Assembly (NCBI GenBank): GCA_965207145.1
Contig: OZ242262.1
Location: 1,352,827 to 1,416,826, forward strand
DNA: 64,000 nt
DNA from: Dehalococcoidia bacterium
GTDB taxonomy: Bacteria; Chloroflexota; Dehalococcoidia; Lucifugimonadales; UBA2962
Reading direction: 5' to 3'
Below the pieces are notes generated by a model. That model was not told where the DNA came from and ran no database searches. It was given only the letters and a program-made list of their open reading frames with translations. Below, piece after piece: positions 38,739 to 47,953 of the stretch. The translations under genes were made by a program, and so were the position numbers. Numbering within the stretch: position 1 is the stretch's first letter; every line of letters starts with the position of its first letter.

Positions 38739-39240
38739 ACAGAGGCTAGGACTTGGCTGCGGCCGTCCTGAGGTCGACGGACGGTGGCATAACACAAGAC
38801 CACCTGCCAAACGGAGTTCGGAGTTAGGTCATCCCCGGTGGCTGGAGCCCGGTGCGCACGCATGCGAAGAGGCTGTGCCGCAAGCCGGGCGACGATGCGG
38901 CCAACCCCGGCCACACCTGGCATCTATCTAGCCCTCAGCGCCATGGCCATGGCGGTGAATTAACGAAGAGCAATGCATTGGCCCGCAAGTGATGCCAGAC
39001 GCCGTGCTCTTTTCGCCAGATTCGCGTGCATCGGCACATTGTCCTATGCGGCAAGTACGTCGTCCGGCGCACCGACCTTCGATATGGACAGGAGTTCGTG
39101 GAGCAGACCAATGGTCGGACTGGCTAACCCGGCGACTGGACCGAAAAAGAGGGAAGCCAATTGACCCGCTGCAAAATCCGGCCTTACATTGAGAGCCGGG
39201 AAGTTACTCAACCCGCCTGAATCGGAGGTGATGCTGAGCG

Positions 39241-39996
39241 ATGGGAAACCCGGTGGTGCACTTCGAAATTGCCGGCCCGGATGGGCCTGCCTTGCGGCAG
39301 TTCTATCGCGATTTGTTCGGATGGAAGGTTGAAGTGCTGGGCGAGGAGATGCACAACTACGGTCTGGTCTCTGCAAACGAGGGAGGCATCGGTGGCGGCC
39401 TGTTTCCCACAGCTGAGGGTACGCCGGCACGTAGCTACGTCACCTTCTATGTACAGGTTGACGACCTTGAAACGGCGCTGAACAAGGCGGCCGGCATGGG
39501 TGGGAAGGCCATCGTGCCACCTGTGGAGATCGCGCCTGGCATGGGCTCGATCGCAATGTTCGAGGACCCGGCCGGAAACACCGTGGGTCTGTATGCGCTA
39601 CCGCCGGAATGGGACGGACAGATGCCGCCCAAGGGGAACGGTCCGCCGGTGGTGCACTTCGAATTGGGAGGCGGCGACGCGGCGAAGCTCGCCGAGTTCT
39701 ATGCCGGAATGTTCGACTGGCAAATCCACCTTCATGAGGAGACCAACTACCGCCTTGTCCAGCAGGAAACGGGAGGGATTGGCGGGGGTATCTTCGAGCA
39801 CGTAGAGGGTATGCCGCCCAACAATCCTTCCGTCGCGGTAATGGTTAGCGACCTGCAGGCCTACCTAGACAAGGCTGTGGATCTCGGCGGAAGTGCGCTT
39901 ATGGCTCCCACCGAGATTCCCGGCGGTTTCGGCTCGATGGCCATATTCTTCGACATCGCTGGCAACCGCATTTCACTCTTTAGGTCCCCGGAGTAG
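39241..39996 (+). CDS. VOC (glyoxalase-like) family protein with two tandem domains
   Basis: 'PVVHFEIAGPDG..LRQFYRDLFGWKV' and 'PVVHFELGGGDA..LAEFYAGMFDWQI'. Each half ends 'GSIAMFEDPAGNTVGLY' or 'GSMAIFFDIAGNRISLF'. Confidence 0.8.
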   Translation: MGNPVVHFEIAGPDGPALRQFYRDLFGWKVEVLGEEMHNYGLVSANEGGIGGGLFPTAEGTPARSYVTFYVQVDDLETALNKAAGMGGKAIVPPVEIAPGMGSIAMFEDPAGNTVGLYALPPEWDGQMPPKGNGPPVVHFELGGGDAAKLAEFYAGMFDWQIHLHEETNYRLVQQETGGIGGGIFEHVEGMPPNNPSVAVMVSDLQAYLDKAVDLGGSALMAPTEIPGGFGSMAIFFDIAGNRISLFRSPE

Positions 39997-40335
39997 AGAC
40001 CGCGAGACCGGCCGGACTGGCCCACAAAGCGGCTCATCCGAGACCTCAGCGTCGCCTTCGTCCAGGCCGGTGTTGACGGCATCCTCGGCCATTTCCCCGG
40101 CGACATCCACTGCTATGGGAGCAGCGAGCTAATAGGAGCCTTGCGTGAAGTCCCGCCGCAGTTTGGTTCCGCCTCGCAGCCGGCGGGTTATCTTCCGGGA
40201 AATATCAAGGGCGACAGCATCAGGTGTGAAAGTCAACTGAGCATTTGAGGAAGCCAACGGGTAGACACATGCTGGGCCGAGCAAGTAGCGGTGGCTATAG
40301 GCCAGAAGGGTGTACGCTGCAGCCTTCTCGTCCCG

Positions 40336-40734
40336 CTACTCCCTCGCGTCAAGCCGGGCCAGGTTGCCACCCCAGGCCAGGATTCGCTCATTGCCAGTCA
40401 CCAGCCGGTGTCCGGCCTGGGCCGTGGCAACGATAATTCGGTCGGCGGGGTCGGCGTGAAAGTCGGGCAAGGCGTTGGCACGGATTCCAATTTCTCCATC
40501 GACGGGGATCTCGGCGAGCCCCTGCCGGAGCAGTTCTCGACGCCACAACCCGACGTCCTCCGGAAAGTCCAATCGGTCTTTGCTCCTAAGCATTGCCACT
40601 TCCCAAAACGTCATGGCGGACACGGCGAACTCCTCGTCGCGAAGCGCATTATCGAGAGCCCGTCTTGCGACTGCTCCCAGGCGGGCGTCACCGGTCCGCA
40701 ACCAGATCAGCGCATGGGTGTCTGCGAGGATCAT
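40336..40734 (-). CDS. vapC: Type II toxin VapC (PIN domain)
   Basis: 'MILADTHALIWL' carries the N-terminal acidic residue. 'TFWEVAML' and 'DPADRIIVATA' are PIN signatures. Its start overlaps the antitoxin stop by 4 nt. Confidence 0.8.
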   Translation of the reverse strand: MILADTHALIWLRTGDARLGAVARRALDNALRDEEFAVSAMTFWEVAMLRSKDRLDFPEDVGLWRRELLRQGLAEIPVDGEIGIRANALPDFHADPADRIIVATAQAGHRLVTGNERILAWGGNLARLDARE

Positions 40735-40973
40735 GGGTTCAGCACCCTGTCTGGATTGGTCTCCGCTTCCCATTCGACGTCAATGGGACTGATGATGTCG
40801 CCGACGATCGTGATTCGGCCTCGGTCCGCGCCAAAGAACGATTTGGGGCGTTGCCGGTAGGGCACGAGACGGGAGATAGGCTTCCCGTTCTTGGTGATGA
40901 CGATCTCGCCTCCGCTTTCGGCTACCTCGTCCATGAGCTGAAGGCACTTGGCCTTGAACTCCGACGCCTTCAT
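40731..40973 (-). CDS. Type II antitoxin (Phd/YefM-type, prevent-host-death family)
   Basis: 'MKASEFKAKCLQLMDEVAESGGEIVITKNGKPISRLVP' is the canonical Phd/YefM N-terminus. An alternative start lies 13 codons upstream at 41012. Confidence 0.75.
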   Translation of the reverse strand: MKASEFKAKCLQLMDEVAESGGEIVITKNGKPISRLVPYRQRPKSFFGADRGRITIVGDIISPIDVEWEAETNPDRVLNP

Positions 40974-41079
40974 GGTCCGAGTGCCGCCTGATGTGTCGCT
41001 GTTTGTATCCATGACGCTACTTTCCCAGACCGGACTTGTGTCGATCATACCATGGTCACGACCATAGTCATATTCTGTC

Positions 41080-41490
41080 TTAGCTATCCCACGTACCGCA
41101 GCTTCGCTCACCGTCCGTGTCAAAACCCGGCGGAGGGAGGCAAGACGCAGGGTCAAGACTGACTGGAGCAGGGTAGGAACCACCATCAAGCTGGCCAGCG
41201 AACCAGTTCTGCCCAAATGGTGCGCGACAGCGCAAACCGTCCAAAAAAGCAACGTGGAAATTTGCTACGATGAGGCGGCCGGAGCCCGAATCCCGCAGCC
41301 TGGGGGTCTGCAGGATCATGGTAGCTCCGGTGACTGCCAGCGCGGCAAATGTCAACCATGAAAGATAATCTTCAGACTGGCCGGATGCCCGCACCACCAT
41401 CGGCGCCAGCATGACGAGGCCGATCGTGTTGAGTATGAATATCTGAAAGGCTGCGGAAATCGCCAGTAGCGGCGCGCACTTCTCAACTGG
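41080..41490 (-). pseudogene. Fragment of a nucleobase:cation symporter-2 (xanthine/uracil permease)-like gene
   Basis: The minus frame reads 'LLAISAAFQIFILNTIGLVMLAPMVVRASGQSEDYLSWLTFAALAVTGATMILQT', resembling NCS2 TM1-TM2. There is a stop 11 codons upstream and no plausible start. The sequence degenerates after about 90 codons. Confidence 0.4.
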
Positions 41491-41650
41491 TTAGTACCGG
41501 ATTTCGTGTCGCCCCTTGGTTTTTCGGAACATAGGTTGATGTCTAGTCGCACCACCCTTTGCTACATTGCTAATATCCAACAATCGACAGATCACTAGTA
41601 CATTCCAGAGAGGGTTAGTTTTGCGAACCGAGCGAGAGAGCAAAAAGCGG

Positions 41651-43450
41651 ATGAATCGGACGGGATTGGAGTGCCAACGAGCACCAGCGGGCGTGAGAGC
41701 ACTGCTTTTGCTTCTGGTCGCGGCTTCGATTGCGGTCTTTGCAGTTGCCTGCGGCGACGACCCTTCCCCAGCGCCGGAGCCCGTTGCCACCGCGGAGCCC
41801 GTTGCCACCGCGGAGCCCGTTGCCACCGCGGAGCCCGTTGCCACTACCGCGCCGACTGCAACCCCTATGCCGACCGCCGCGCCGGCTCCAACCCCGGAAC
41901 CCGAGCCCGCAAATGAAGACGACGCCCTGACGCGCGCCCACGTGGAGAAGGCTATCGCCTACTACGAGGCCAACGGCCGGGACGCGACGATCGAATACTA
42001 CAAGAGCGAAGAGAGCATTGAGGGAGGCCGGTATCTCTTCATAATCAGCGAGGATGAAGGCATCCTGCTGGCAATGCCGTTCTATCATCATTTCCTGGGA
42101 AGCAAGCTCGAATCCGCCGCGTTATTGTTGGGAGCCGCCACAGAAGATGGCGCCTGGTATGAGGGACAGGGGATATATGTGGTGGAGACGGCCACCGGCA
42201 CCTCAACTAGGCAGGGTCCAACGCGGAACTACCTTGTCCTGCGCGATGGCCTCATCTTCGTATCCGTCCACTCCACCCTCCAGGAGAACGTGGCGGAAGC
42301 CACCAGGGATTATGTGAGCCGCGCAATAGCCCTATACGAGAGCGAGGGGCTTGAAGCGACGATCGCCCACTACAACAGCCCGGACAGCCTGGAGGGAAGC
42401 TTCTACCTGTTCCTGATTGGCGCGGATGATAACTACCTGGCCCATCCCATTTTCCCGCACCTGATAGGGACCGACATCAAGGGCGTGATTGGTTCCGACG
42501 GGCAGGAACTGGGCAAGGAGATAGCCCTTGCAACCGAGGAAGGCGTCTGGGTGGAGTACCTGTGGCCCAATCCGATCACGCGGGTGGAGGAGGCCAAGAC
42601 CACCTGGGCCATCCGCCACGACGGCCTGATCTTTGCGTCCGGCTACTACTCCGTGGGCGAATCGCCGGAGCCACCCGCCTGGCAGGACGCGGACCCGCGC
42701 GAGTACACCGTGGAGTACGTGGAGCGGGCGATAGAGCGTTACGAGCGGGACGGCCTGGAATCCATGCTCAACTACTACAACAGCGTCGCCAGCTTTGAGG
42801 GCGAGTGGTATCTCTTTGCCACCGACGAGAACGACATCTATCACGTACACCCTCTGCTGCCCCACCTGATAGGCACGGACATCAAGGACGTGGTGGGTTC
42901 CGACGGCTTCGAGTTGGGTAAAGAACTGGCCAAGGCCGGGGAGGGAGAAGGCGTCTGGGTGGAATACCTGTGGCCGCACCCGGTAACGCTCAAGGAAGTG
43001 CCAAAGGTTGGGTACGCGGTGCGTCAGGACGGGATGATCTTCGCATCGGGCTACTATCCTGGCGTCACGGACCCGGCGGCCTACACCCAGGCCTACGTCC
43101 AGAGCGCTATGGACTACTATGACAGCCAGGGCCTGGAGGCCACGGTTGCGCACTACAACAGCCCGGAGAGCATAGACGGCTCTTACTGGCTGATGATGGT
43201 TGATCCCCAGGGCGTGATAATCGTTTCGGGCGCGGAGCAAGCGCTGGTTGGAGCGGATGCCAGCGTGTTCCAGGGGATTTTGGCCGGAGAGCTAATTGGC
43301 GAATCACTTCTCAGCGCCACGGAGGGAGGCCACTGGTTCGATTACTTGTGGCCCAACCCCAGGACGGCGGGGCAATTGACGGTGTACCTCTGGATAATCC
43401 GCCACGACGGATACGTCTTTTCTTCCGCCTACTACGTTGAGGGCGAGTAG
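41651..43450 (+). CDS. Lipoprotein composed of four tandem Cache-like (sCache_2-type) domains
   Basis: Lipobox 'VFAVAC' and a (EPVATA)n tether. Four units of about 125-135 aa follow, each with a helix 'Y(V/T)xxAIxxYExxG.EATIAHYNS', then 'G..YLF', then 'HP..PHLIGTDIK.V.GSDG.ELGKE', then 'GVWVEYLWP.P', then 'DG.IFASGYY'. Confidence 0.7.
   Translation: MNRTGLECQRAPAGVRALLLLLVAASIAVFAVACGDDPSPAPEPVATAEPVATAEPVATAEPVATTAPTATPMPTAAPAPTPEPEPANEDDALTRAHVEKAIAYYEANGRDATIEYYKSEESIEGGRYLFIISEDEGILLAMPFYHHFLGSKLESAALLLGAATEDGAWYEGQGIYVVETATGTSTRQGPTRNYLVLRDGLIFVSVHSTLQENVAEATRDYVSRAIALYESEGLEATIAHYNSPDSLEGSFYLFLIGADDNYLAHPIFPHLIGTDIKGVIGSDGQELGKEIALATEEGVWVEYLWPNPITRVEEAKTTWAIRHDGLIFASGYYSVGESPEPPAWQDADPREYTVEYVERAIERYERDGLESMLNYYNSVASFEGEWYLFATDENDIYHVHPLLPHLIGTDIKDVVGSDGFELGKELAKAGEGEGVWVEYLWPHPVTLKEVPKVGYAVRQDGMIFASGYYPGVTDPAAYTQAYVQSAMDYYDSQGLEATVAHYNSPESIDGSYWLMMVDPQGVIIVSGAEQALVGADASVFQGILAGELIGESLLSATEGGHWFDYLWPNPRTAGQLTVYLWIIRHDGYVFSSAYYVEGE
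41777..41848 (+). repeat. 18-bp perfect tandem repeat (gagcccgttgccaccgcg), 3 full copies plus 1 variant copy
   Basis: Read directly from the sequence. Units start at 41777, 41795, 41813 and 41831 and encode EPVATA repeats. Confidence 0.95.
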
Positions 43451-43478
43451 GACGCGCCGCCGCCCACCGTCCGACGGC

Positions 43479-43535
43479 GCGCTGACGCGCGCCTACGTCG
43501 GGAAGGCTATGGCCTACCAAGACGCCAACGGTTAA
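43479..43535 (+). pseudogene. Truncated relic of a further Cache-like repeat or paralog (ALTRAYVGKAMAYQDANG*)
   Basis: About 47 of 57 nt are identical to 41924-41980, the start of domain 1 (ALTRAHVEKAIAYYEANGR). It is in a different frame from the preceding gene and ends in TAA. Confidence 0.5.
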
Positions 43536-43873
43536 AACGCCATCGTTGCGTTCTCCGAAGCTCGCTTAAGGCTTGTAGAACGCAACGGTGACGTCTTGGC
43601 CAAATCCGACACGATTCTACCGGTGTAGGGGCCCGCTTCCCTGATGGTTACCGTTCCCAATGGGTTGACCCGCCTTGAACGGACGGTAATAGGCGGCCGT
43701 CTTCTCCACCGGTGAGCGGCCATGGCCCACTGAGGATGCGCTCTTGGTGGGCTCGATGCTGGCGTGGTCCTTAGTGTGCGGGCCAAGGCGTACCGAATTG
43801 CGAGCTTTTCGCTGGGAGTTGGTGCTGTAGAGTTGGGTGGAGAAGTGTCCCGCTCAGAGTCTTCCGCCGCTCA

Positions 43874-45553
43874 TCAGGACTCTATCAGGCCCTCCTGTGG
43901 CATGGTCCAGGGCAGGGTGTAGAACGGCGCGAATTGAGGGGCGGGCGGCACCGGCATGTCTCCAAAGGGCACGTCGATAATCACCGGCGCCTGCCGCTCC
44001 AGCGCCAGGGGAATCAATCTCTCCAACTCCATCGGGTCGTCTGCTCTCATGCCGACAGCACCGAACGACTCAGCGAACCTGACGAAATCCGGGTTGTGCA
44101 GGTCAGTCCCATAGGCTCCGTCAAACGCGTCGTCCAGGTCGCGCGCCACGTTGCCGAAGGAGTCGTTGTTGAAGACCACGGTCACCAAGTTGATGCCGTA
44201 CCGGACGGCCGTGGAGAGCTCTGACGAGTTGAACATGAATCCACCGTCTCCGGTCATGCAGACAACGGGGCGGTCGGGGCATGCGACCTTTGCTCCCAGC
44301 GCCGTTGGGAAGGCGTAACCGAGATTGAACGAGTAGCCGGAGTCTATGTACGTCTTGGGGTGATTGACCTGCCAATGGGTCCGGGCATAGTAGCCGAACT
44401 GAGTAACGTCCCAAACTACGAAAGCGTCCTCAGGGACGCCCCGCCGTATTGCTTCCAGGACAGGGTACTGCGGCTCCTTGAGCCGAATGTCGTAGTAGGC
44501 TATCAGCCTGCGCGCAGCGCTTACCGCCTCGGCAGGCGACGGACGGTCTCCCGCTCCAGCCTCGATGAGATGGGGAAGCAGCGCCTCTATGGTCGCTCCG
44601 GCATCGCCGTGCAGGGCGATGGTGTTGGGATGATGCCTCGTAAGCTCGGTGTCGTCTATGTTGATGTTGACCAGCGTGGACGCCCCGCTGGCAGGATAGC
44701 CCAGCGAGAAGCGCGCGCCGATTCCTATCACCACGTCGGCAGACTGCATCACCCCGTAGAGCTGGTTCATCTCCTGTCTCTCGCCCCTGGGACTGAAGCA
44801 AGAGCCGTAGGACAGCGGATGTCTATCGGGGACGGCGCCCTTGCCCCCGCTGGAAGTGATGACGGGTATCTTCGTCGCCTCGGCCAGACCGATGAGCGCT
44901 GCTTCGGCGTCTGATCGCGCCACCCCGCCCCCCGCGTAAATCAGTGGCAGTCGAGACCTGGCGACAACCTGGGCCGCCTCCTTAAGTGCCTCCCTGCTCG
45001 GCACGATCCTAGAGACATGGACAGGACTCCGAAGTTCGACGACTTCCCGCTCCACTCCGACTTCGGGCGGTATCTCCAGAAGAGCTGGACGGGGACGGCC
45101 GGTGCGCATCTGCCGGAACGCTTCTGACACGGCATCCGGAACCTCGCGAGGTCTGGATGCCTGTCCCTGCCACTTGGTGACGGAGCGCACGGCACCTGCT
45201 TGGTCAGCAATTTCGTGCACGGCCCCACGGTTCTTGCCGATGGCTCCGCGGGGAATCTGGCCCGCGATGAGGAGTACGGGTGTGGAGCGGGAGTAGGCAT
45301 TGGTCAGGCCTGAGGCTGCGTTGTAGAGACCGACGCCCGGTACCACCAGCGCGACCCCCGGCTTGCCTGACGCACGGGCATAGCCGTCGGCCATGTACGT
45401 CGTCGCCTGTTCGTGCCGTGTGGTGATCATGCGGATGCCGGGCTCGTCCCGAATCGCGGCGACAATCCCGTAGATCTGTATGCCCGGTATGCCGAACACG
45501 ACCTGAGCGCCTTCGCCTACAAGCGATTTGGCAACTGCCTCACCTCCGCTCAA
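43874..45553 (-). CDS. Thiamine-diphosphate-dependent enzyme (acetolactate synthase large-subunit-like family)
   Basis: N-terminus 'GAQVVFGIPGIQIYGI...HEQATTYMADGYARASGKPGV' and the TPP motif 'GDGGFMFNSSELSTAVRYGINLVTVVFNN'. Confidence 0.85.
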   Translation of the reverse strand: MSGGEAVAKSLVGEGAQVVFGIPGIQIYGIVAAIRDEPGIRMITTRHEQATTYMADGYARASGKPGVALVVPGVGLYNAASGLTNAYSRSTPVLLIAGQIPRGAIGKNRGAVHEIADQAGAVRSVTKWQGQASRPREVPDAVSEAFRQMRTGRPRPALLEIPPEVGVEREVVELRSPVHVSRIVPSREALKEAAQVVARSRLPLIYAGGGVARSDAEAALIGLAEATKIPVITSSGGKGAVPDRHPLSYGSCFSPRGERQEMNQLYGVMQSADVVIGIGARFSLGYPASGASTLVNINIDDTELTRHHPNTIALHGDAGATIEALLPHLIEAGAGDRPSPAEAVSAARRLIAYYDIRLKEPQYPVLEAIRRGVPEDAFVVWDVTQFGYYARTHWQVNHPKTYIDSGYSFNLGYAFPTALGAKVACPDRPVVCMTGDGGFMFNSSELSTAVRYGINLVTVVFNNDSFGNVARDLDDAFDGAYGTDLHNPDFVRFAESFGAVGMRADDPMELERLIPLALERQAPVIIDVPFGDMPVPPAPQFAPFYTLPWTMPQEGLIES

Positions 45554-45773
45554 TTTGACCCTGATGGCCTGCCTCCTTCGCAGTGGTAGACGCGATAGTG
45601 TTCTCTCTCAGCGGTCACGTACCAGCAAGTGGTGCGTTAACGCGTCATCCTGTTGATGTCGTCTACGCCGCAGTTGGTTGCGGAAGCATCGCCGGAGGTG
45701 ATACTTCCAGTTCCTGGTCAATACCTGGAGGTGCAGGCGTCAGGTGGCGGCGCCCGATAATCCACCCGTTACT

Positions 45774-45965
45774 CTAATGTGCCAGCACCGCTCCTGCCAG
45801 CCGGTTCGGGAAGATCCCCACCACATGCGTCCTTCTGAGGATCTCCCTGAAGAATCGTTCCAGCGGGTTGTTCAATAAGATCTGCCTCCAGTGAGGCTCA
45901 GGGGACGCCGTGAAGGTCAGGACGTCCGGACCGGCTTCAGCCAGCATCGAGGAGGCCTGCGGGTA
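45774..45965 (-). mobile_element. IS256-family (mutator-type) transposase, C-terminal remnant
   Basis: '[39 protein letters not shown]' matches the conserved IS256 C-terminal block. The upstream part of the ORF is unrelated and no DDE core is present. Confidence 0.6.
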
Positions 45966-46142
45966 TCCGTGTCTTCCCGGATCGTCTCCCATCGACCGGT
46001 TCCAGGTCACATCGGACGGTGTCCGCCCATCCACTGGGCGTCCCACCGAGCCTTGCAAGGCGGTGTTTCGGTCGTGGATGGCGGTTAGCAATCCACACGG
46101 CGCTTGCACTCCTTGCCAGAGTCTAACCGGGCGGCAGCATCG

Positions 46143-46580
46143 TCACATGCGCGCTAGCTCCCACGATGCTATAGGCCCGGGAACGACCACAAAACATGGG
46201 TGCTGCTCTAGGGCATCGAACTTGTCCAGAAGTTTCAGCGTCCCCGGATCGCGACGCTTGATCTTGGTCGCAAGGTGCGAGGTCTCAAAGCGCATCTGCC
46301 CCTCGGTGACCTTGATCGACCGGGGCCGCGATTCAGGGACCGCAATCTTGCTTCGGCTGAAGCTGTACCCCCTCAGGCGTGCCTCTTCGGACACGGCCAG
46401 CAGATATGCCCCGATCGCACCCAAGGGATAGGGGTGAGCCCGGAAACGCTCGAGCTGAGGATGGCTGAGGCAGCCCCGGGTGTTCCCGCCGAGCACCTTT
46501 TGGGCAAGTAGCCCTTCCCGCCACAGTGCCACCAGTCCTCTGGCATCCAGGTATCCGGGGTGTAGAGACCACAGTCGCAT
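46143..46580 (-). CDS. Pyrimidine-dimer DNA glycosylase (endonuclease V, DenV-like)
   Basis: 'MRLWSLHPGYLDARGLVALWREGLLAQKVL.GNTRG..HPQLERF' is the hallmark N-terminus of this family. Confidence 0.75.
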   Translation of the reverse strand: MRLWSLHPGYLDARGLVALWREGLLAQKVLGGNTRGCLSHPQLERFRAHPYPLGAIGAYLLAVSEEARLRGYSFSRSKIAVPESRPRSIKVTEGQMRFETSHLATKIKRRDPGTLKLLDKFDALEQHPCFVVVPGPIASWELARM

Positions 46581-46938
46581 TCAGGTTCCTTTCAGCTTCG
46601 ATCGCCCCACCGGGGTTTTCGTCGATTCCATGACTCGGTGCGGGTCACTGTTCTTTGATATGGCTATCTTGCTCAGGCGGCGAGAGCTACCTACTTGCCG
46701 CGCGGGCCGATGGCAATGGCAGTCAAGTGGTCCAGCACCTTGCCTCGCCCGGCCGGGCTCTAACCGGGCGATGACGTAAGGTCGCCGGTCCGGCGGCGAA
46801 CGTAGATCAACGGCATCTAACCTGCGTCGCCACTCCCTTTCCTGCCTGCGACCTTGTCTTGGCCTTACCGCAAATTGCTCGCAGCATGAGCGTGCTGTTT
46901 AGAGCCCTGAGGGAATCAGCACCGAGTCGATCACATGG

Positions 46939-47847
46939 ATGGTTGTGAAGGTCTTCGAAACCGTAGGCCAGCAGATCAAGGACGTCGTCGGCGTCATGCG
47001 CCAAATGGTCGGCGGCAGGGAAGCCATGACCGTTGGCGTCCAGATGTGGTTTGACACCCCGGCGTTCCTTCTGAACCTGTTTCAACGGGCGAATCCAATG
47101 GTGAAGGTCGTGGACATCGCCCCTGTGATGGATGAGCTTCGCATGGTCAAGGACGAGGCCGAGGTTGAGCTGATGGAGACGGCTGCCAGGATTGCAGCAG
47201 TAGGAATCGAGACCGCGGCAAGGTGGCTCGAACCGGGCGTGACCGAGAACGATGTCGGAGCTGAGATTGAATACGCCATGCGCAGGTCAGGAGGCCAGGG
47301 CATAGCGACGCCTGTCTACGTCAACTCGGGTACCCGGTCGGGCTGGCTGCACGGCACCACATCCTACAAGCGGATTCAGATCGGCGACCTGGTCGTAGTC
47401 GACGTTGTGCCGCGCTACAAGGGCTATTGCGCCAACATCACCCGTACGTTCGTGATCGGACCCGCGAGTCCGAAGCAAAGGGAAATGCACGACACATACA
47501 AGCATGCGCAGAGGGCAGCCATCTCCGCGATAAGACCTGGAGTGCGCAACCGCGACCTGGATGCCGCGGCTCAGCAGGTGTTCAGCGAAGCCGGGTATGG
47601 AGACTTCTACGTAACGGGGATCAGCCACAGCATTGGACTCGACTTCGAAGAGATGCCTCGCCCAACGATCCACCCTGCAGATTCTCGCGTAGAGCTTCGG
47701 GAGGGGATGCTCTTAACCGTTGGCCATTCTGTCCTGTCGGTGCCGGGGACAGGGGGAGTCCGAATCGAAGACACATTTCAGATCAAGGACGGGATGCCCA
47801 GAAGGCTGGTCGAATGCAATCCCAGCTTTGAGCTTCCCTCTGAATGA
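46939..47847 (+). CDS. M24-family metallopeptidase (Xaa-Pro aminopeptidase/creatinase fold), N-terminally short
   Basis: 'LRMVKDEAEVELM', 'DLVVVDVVPRYKGYCANITRTF', 'ISHSIGLDFEE' and 'GVRIEDTF' are pita-bread metal-ligand blocks. Only about 60 aa precede the catalytic domain, and an in-frame TAG lies at 46900. Confidence 0.7.
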   Translation: MVVKVFETVGQQIKDVVGVMRQMVGGREAMTVGVQMWFDTPAFLLNLFQRANPMVKVVDIAPVMDELRMVKDEAEVELMETAARIAAVGIETAARWLEPGVTENDVGAEIEYAMRRSGGQGIATPVYVNSGTRSGWLHGTTSYKRIQIGDLVVVDVVPRYKGYCANITRTFVIGPASPKQREMHDTYKHAQRAAISAIRPGVRNRDLDAAAQQVFSEAGYGDFYVTGISHSIGLDFEEMPRPTIHPADSRVELREGMLLTVGHSVLSVPGTGGVRIEDTFQIKDGMPRRLVECNPSFELPSE

Positions 47848-47953
47848 TTGGCGTCCGACGGGACGCCGTGCAAGGATGATGCCCGCTAGCCGGGCGATTG
47901 CAGCGCCCTACACAAGGAAAGGGCCAGACCACCTCCTCAAAGTAGGCGCCATC

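Noticed and set aside
41777-41848. Short, regularly spaced direct repeats considered as a possible CRISPR array; the same applies to 29885-30020
   Set aside because: The repeats are contiguous with no spacers. They are in frame inside well-supported lipoprotein genes and encode low-complexity tethers. No cas genes are present in the window.
46122-46770. 12-bp direct repeat 'tctaaccgggcg' (46122-46133 and 46759-46770) flanking the DenV-like gene, as possible target-site duplication or att sites
   Set aside because: A rough estimate gives several chance 12-mer matches within 1 kb of each other in a 64-kb high-GC window. The extended similarity is weak. It is noted but not significant on its own.
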